NCBI GenBank assembly: GCA_965240325.2
Contig: OZ251241.1
Span: forward strand, 992,001 to 1,056,000
DNA from: Rebecca billardiae RCC1528
Taxonomy: Eukaryota; Protista; Haptophyta
Reading direction: 5' to 3'
DNA: 64,000 nucleotides
A program made the translations under genes and the position numbers. This document shows positions 63,111 through 64,000 of the stretch, piece after piece (the stretch's first letter is position 1; each line of letters begins with the position of its first letter). Under the pieces are notes generated by a model, which saw only the letters and a program-made list of their open reading frames with translations, made no database searches and had not been told where the DNA came from.

Positions 63111-64000
63111 GAACCGTGGCTACGTGTCCGTGTCCACCGAGTCGCTCGGCGAGGCGCCTGCGCCGATGTGGGCGCGCCCAATGGCGAGCGGACGGCCGTC
63201 GACGAGGGCCATCAGCCTTGCCGACCCCGTTCAGAGCTCCGCTCCCGCGCCGGGCCGAGCCGAGCGCGGATTTGGAATCTGCCGATCGCGAAAACACGCC
63301 GAACAAGTTCTGAAAAGGAAAAGAAAAGAAATCAAAACTCGATTTAATCAGATGGACCCCCTACTATGATCAGCTCACCAAAGTGCTATATCAAAGTGAC
63401 GTCTGTTGACCCTATATATCACGTTTAAGACGCCCGTTACATGGCCGTTACATTGGCCACAGACCATTTCCAATAAGTAAATAGGACCACCGTTACTCCC
63501 TATATTTACAGCATGTACCACTGGTTTTTTAACCAGGCAGGCCAGGGGCCATCTCCTGGGGCTGGAATCCAGCTCGAGACGAAAGTAAACATCGCGCTAT
63601 GAGCTCGCGGAGGCCACTTCACCGAAATCCAGGTTGGGGAGGATCTCCGCTGCACTGGTGGGGAGGATGTCATCCTCCCCGCTCGCCACGGCTGGGGAGG
63701 ATGTCCGCCGCGCTGTCCGGTCTTTCGCCGCTGACAAAACTTTCGAAAACGAAAGTCGCGCCATGGCGGACCCGGTGTTCCCGCCCGGCGGCGAAAGGGG
63801 CGCGGGGCCGGTGGCTCGCGATCCGAAGGGCAGTAGCTCGCGACCTCGCTTGGGCGGTGGCAGCGGCGCTGTGGCACGGCGTGTACCATCCGCGCGGCTG
63901 TGCGCGATCGCGCGGTCCCGTTCGTCGCCACGCCGCGCGCGACCGTTCACGCCACAGTCTTTCCGCACTGGCATGCACCCGTTGCAAGCGCATGACGGCG

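Noticed and set aside
1-64000. tRNA or rRNA genes
   Set aside because: No cloverleaf or rRNA-conserved segments recognised by eye; tRNAscan-SE and Infernal would be needed to exclude them.

Overview
Gene-dense, very GC-rich eukaryotic nuclear DNA with spliceosomal GT-AG introns, many starting GTGCG(C/T) and rich in CG runs. A signal peptide plus an ASAFAP-like motif (AGAFAP) on IspE points to an alga with a complex red plastid; a haptophyte such as a Pavlovales species is my inference, not proven. About 22 protein genes are present, many in tight head-to-head pairs: a papain-like/SRCR membrane protein, KATNAL2-like AAA ATPase, S1P-phosphatase-like PAP2, IspE, CaMK-GRAM kinase, two tandem ARM-BTB genes, a giant SGNH/acyltransferase-3-like protein, an EF-hand protein, a homogentisate prenyltransferase, a WD40-TRP-like channel, MRG15/EAF3, a GPCR-PIPK, a clathrin-box protein, GT61, GH3, a nucleotide-sugar transporter, a double-SET protein, GSIII and a COQ11-like SDR. 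There is also a frameshifted exonuclease/piggyBac-like relic and a repeat- and pseudogene-rich tail (57.8-64 kb). The most notable observations are: (1) intronless tandem ARM-BTB genes whose 126-bp repeats are hypervariable in helix 3 and shuffled between copies, resembling a diversifying recognition/E3-adaptor system; (2) a cathepsin-L-like protein with a Ser-His-Asn triad fused to SRCR and a TM helix; (3) an adjacent GT61-GH3-nucleotide-sugar-transporter trio; (4) pervasive micro-duplication 'stutter' in non-coding DNA. All calls come from visual motif recognition with no database searches, and splice sites are manual predictions.
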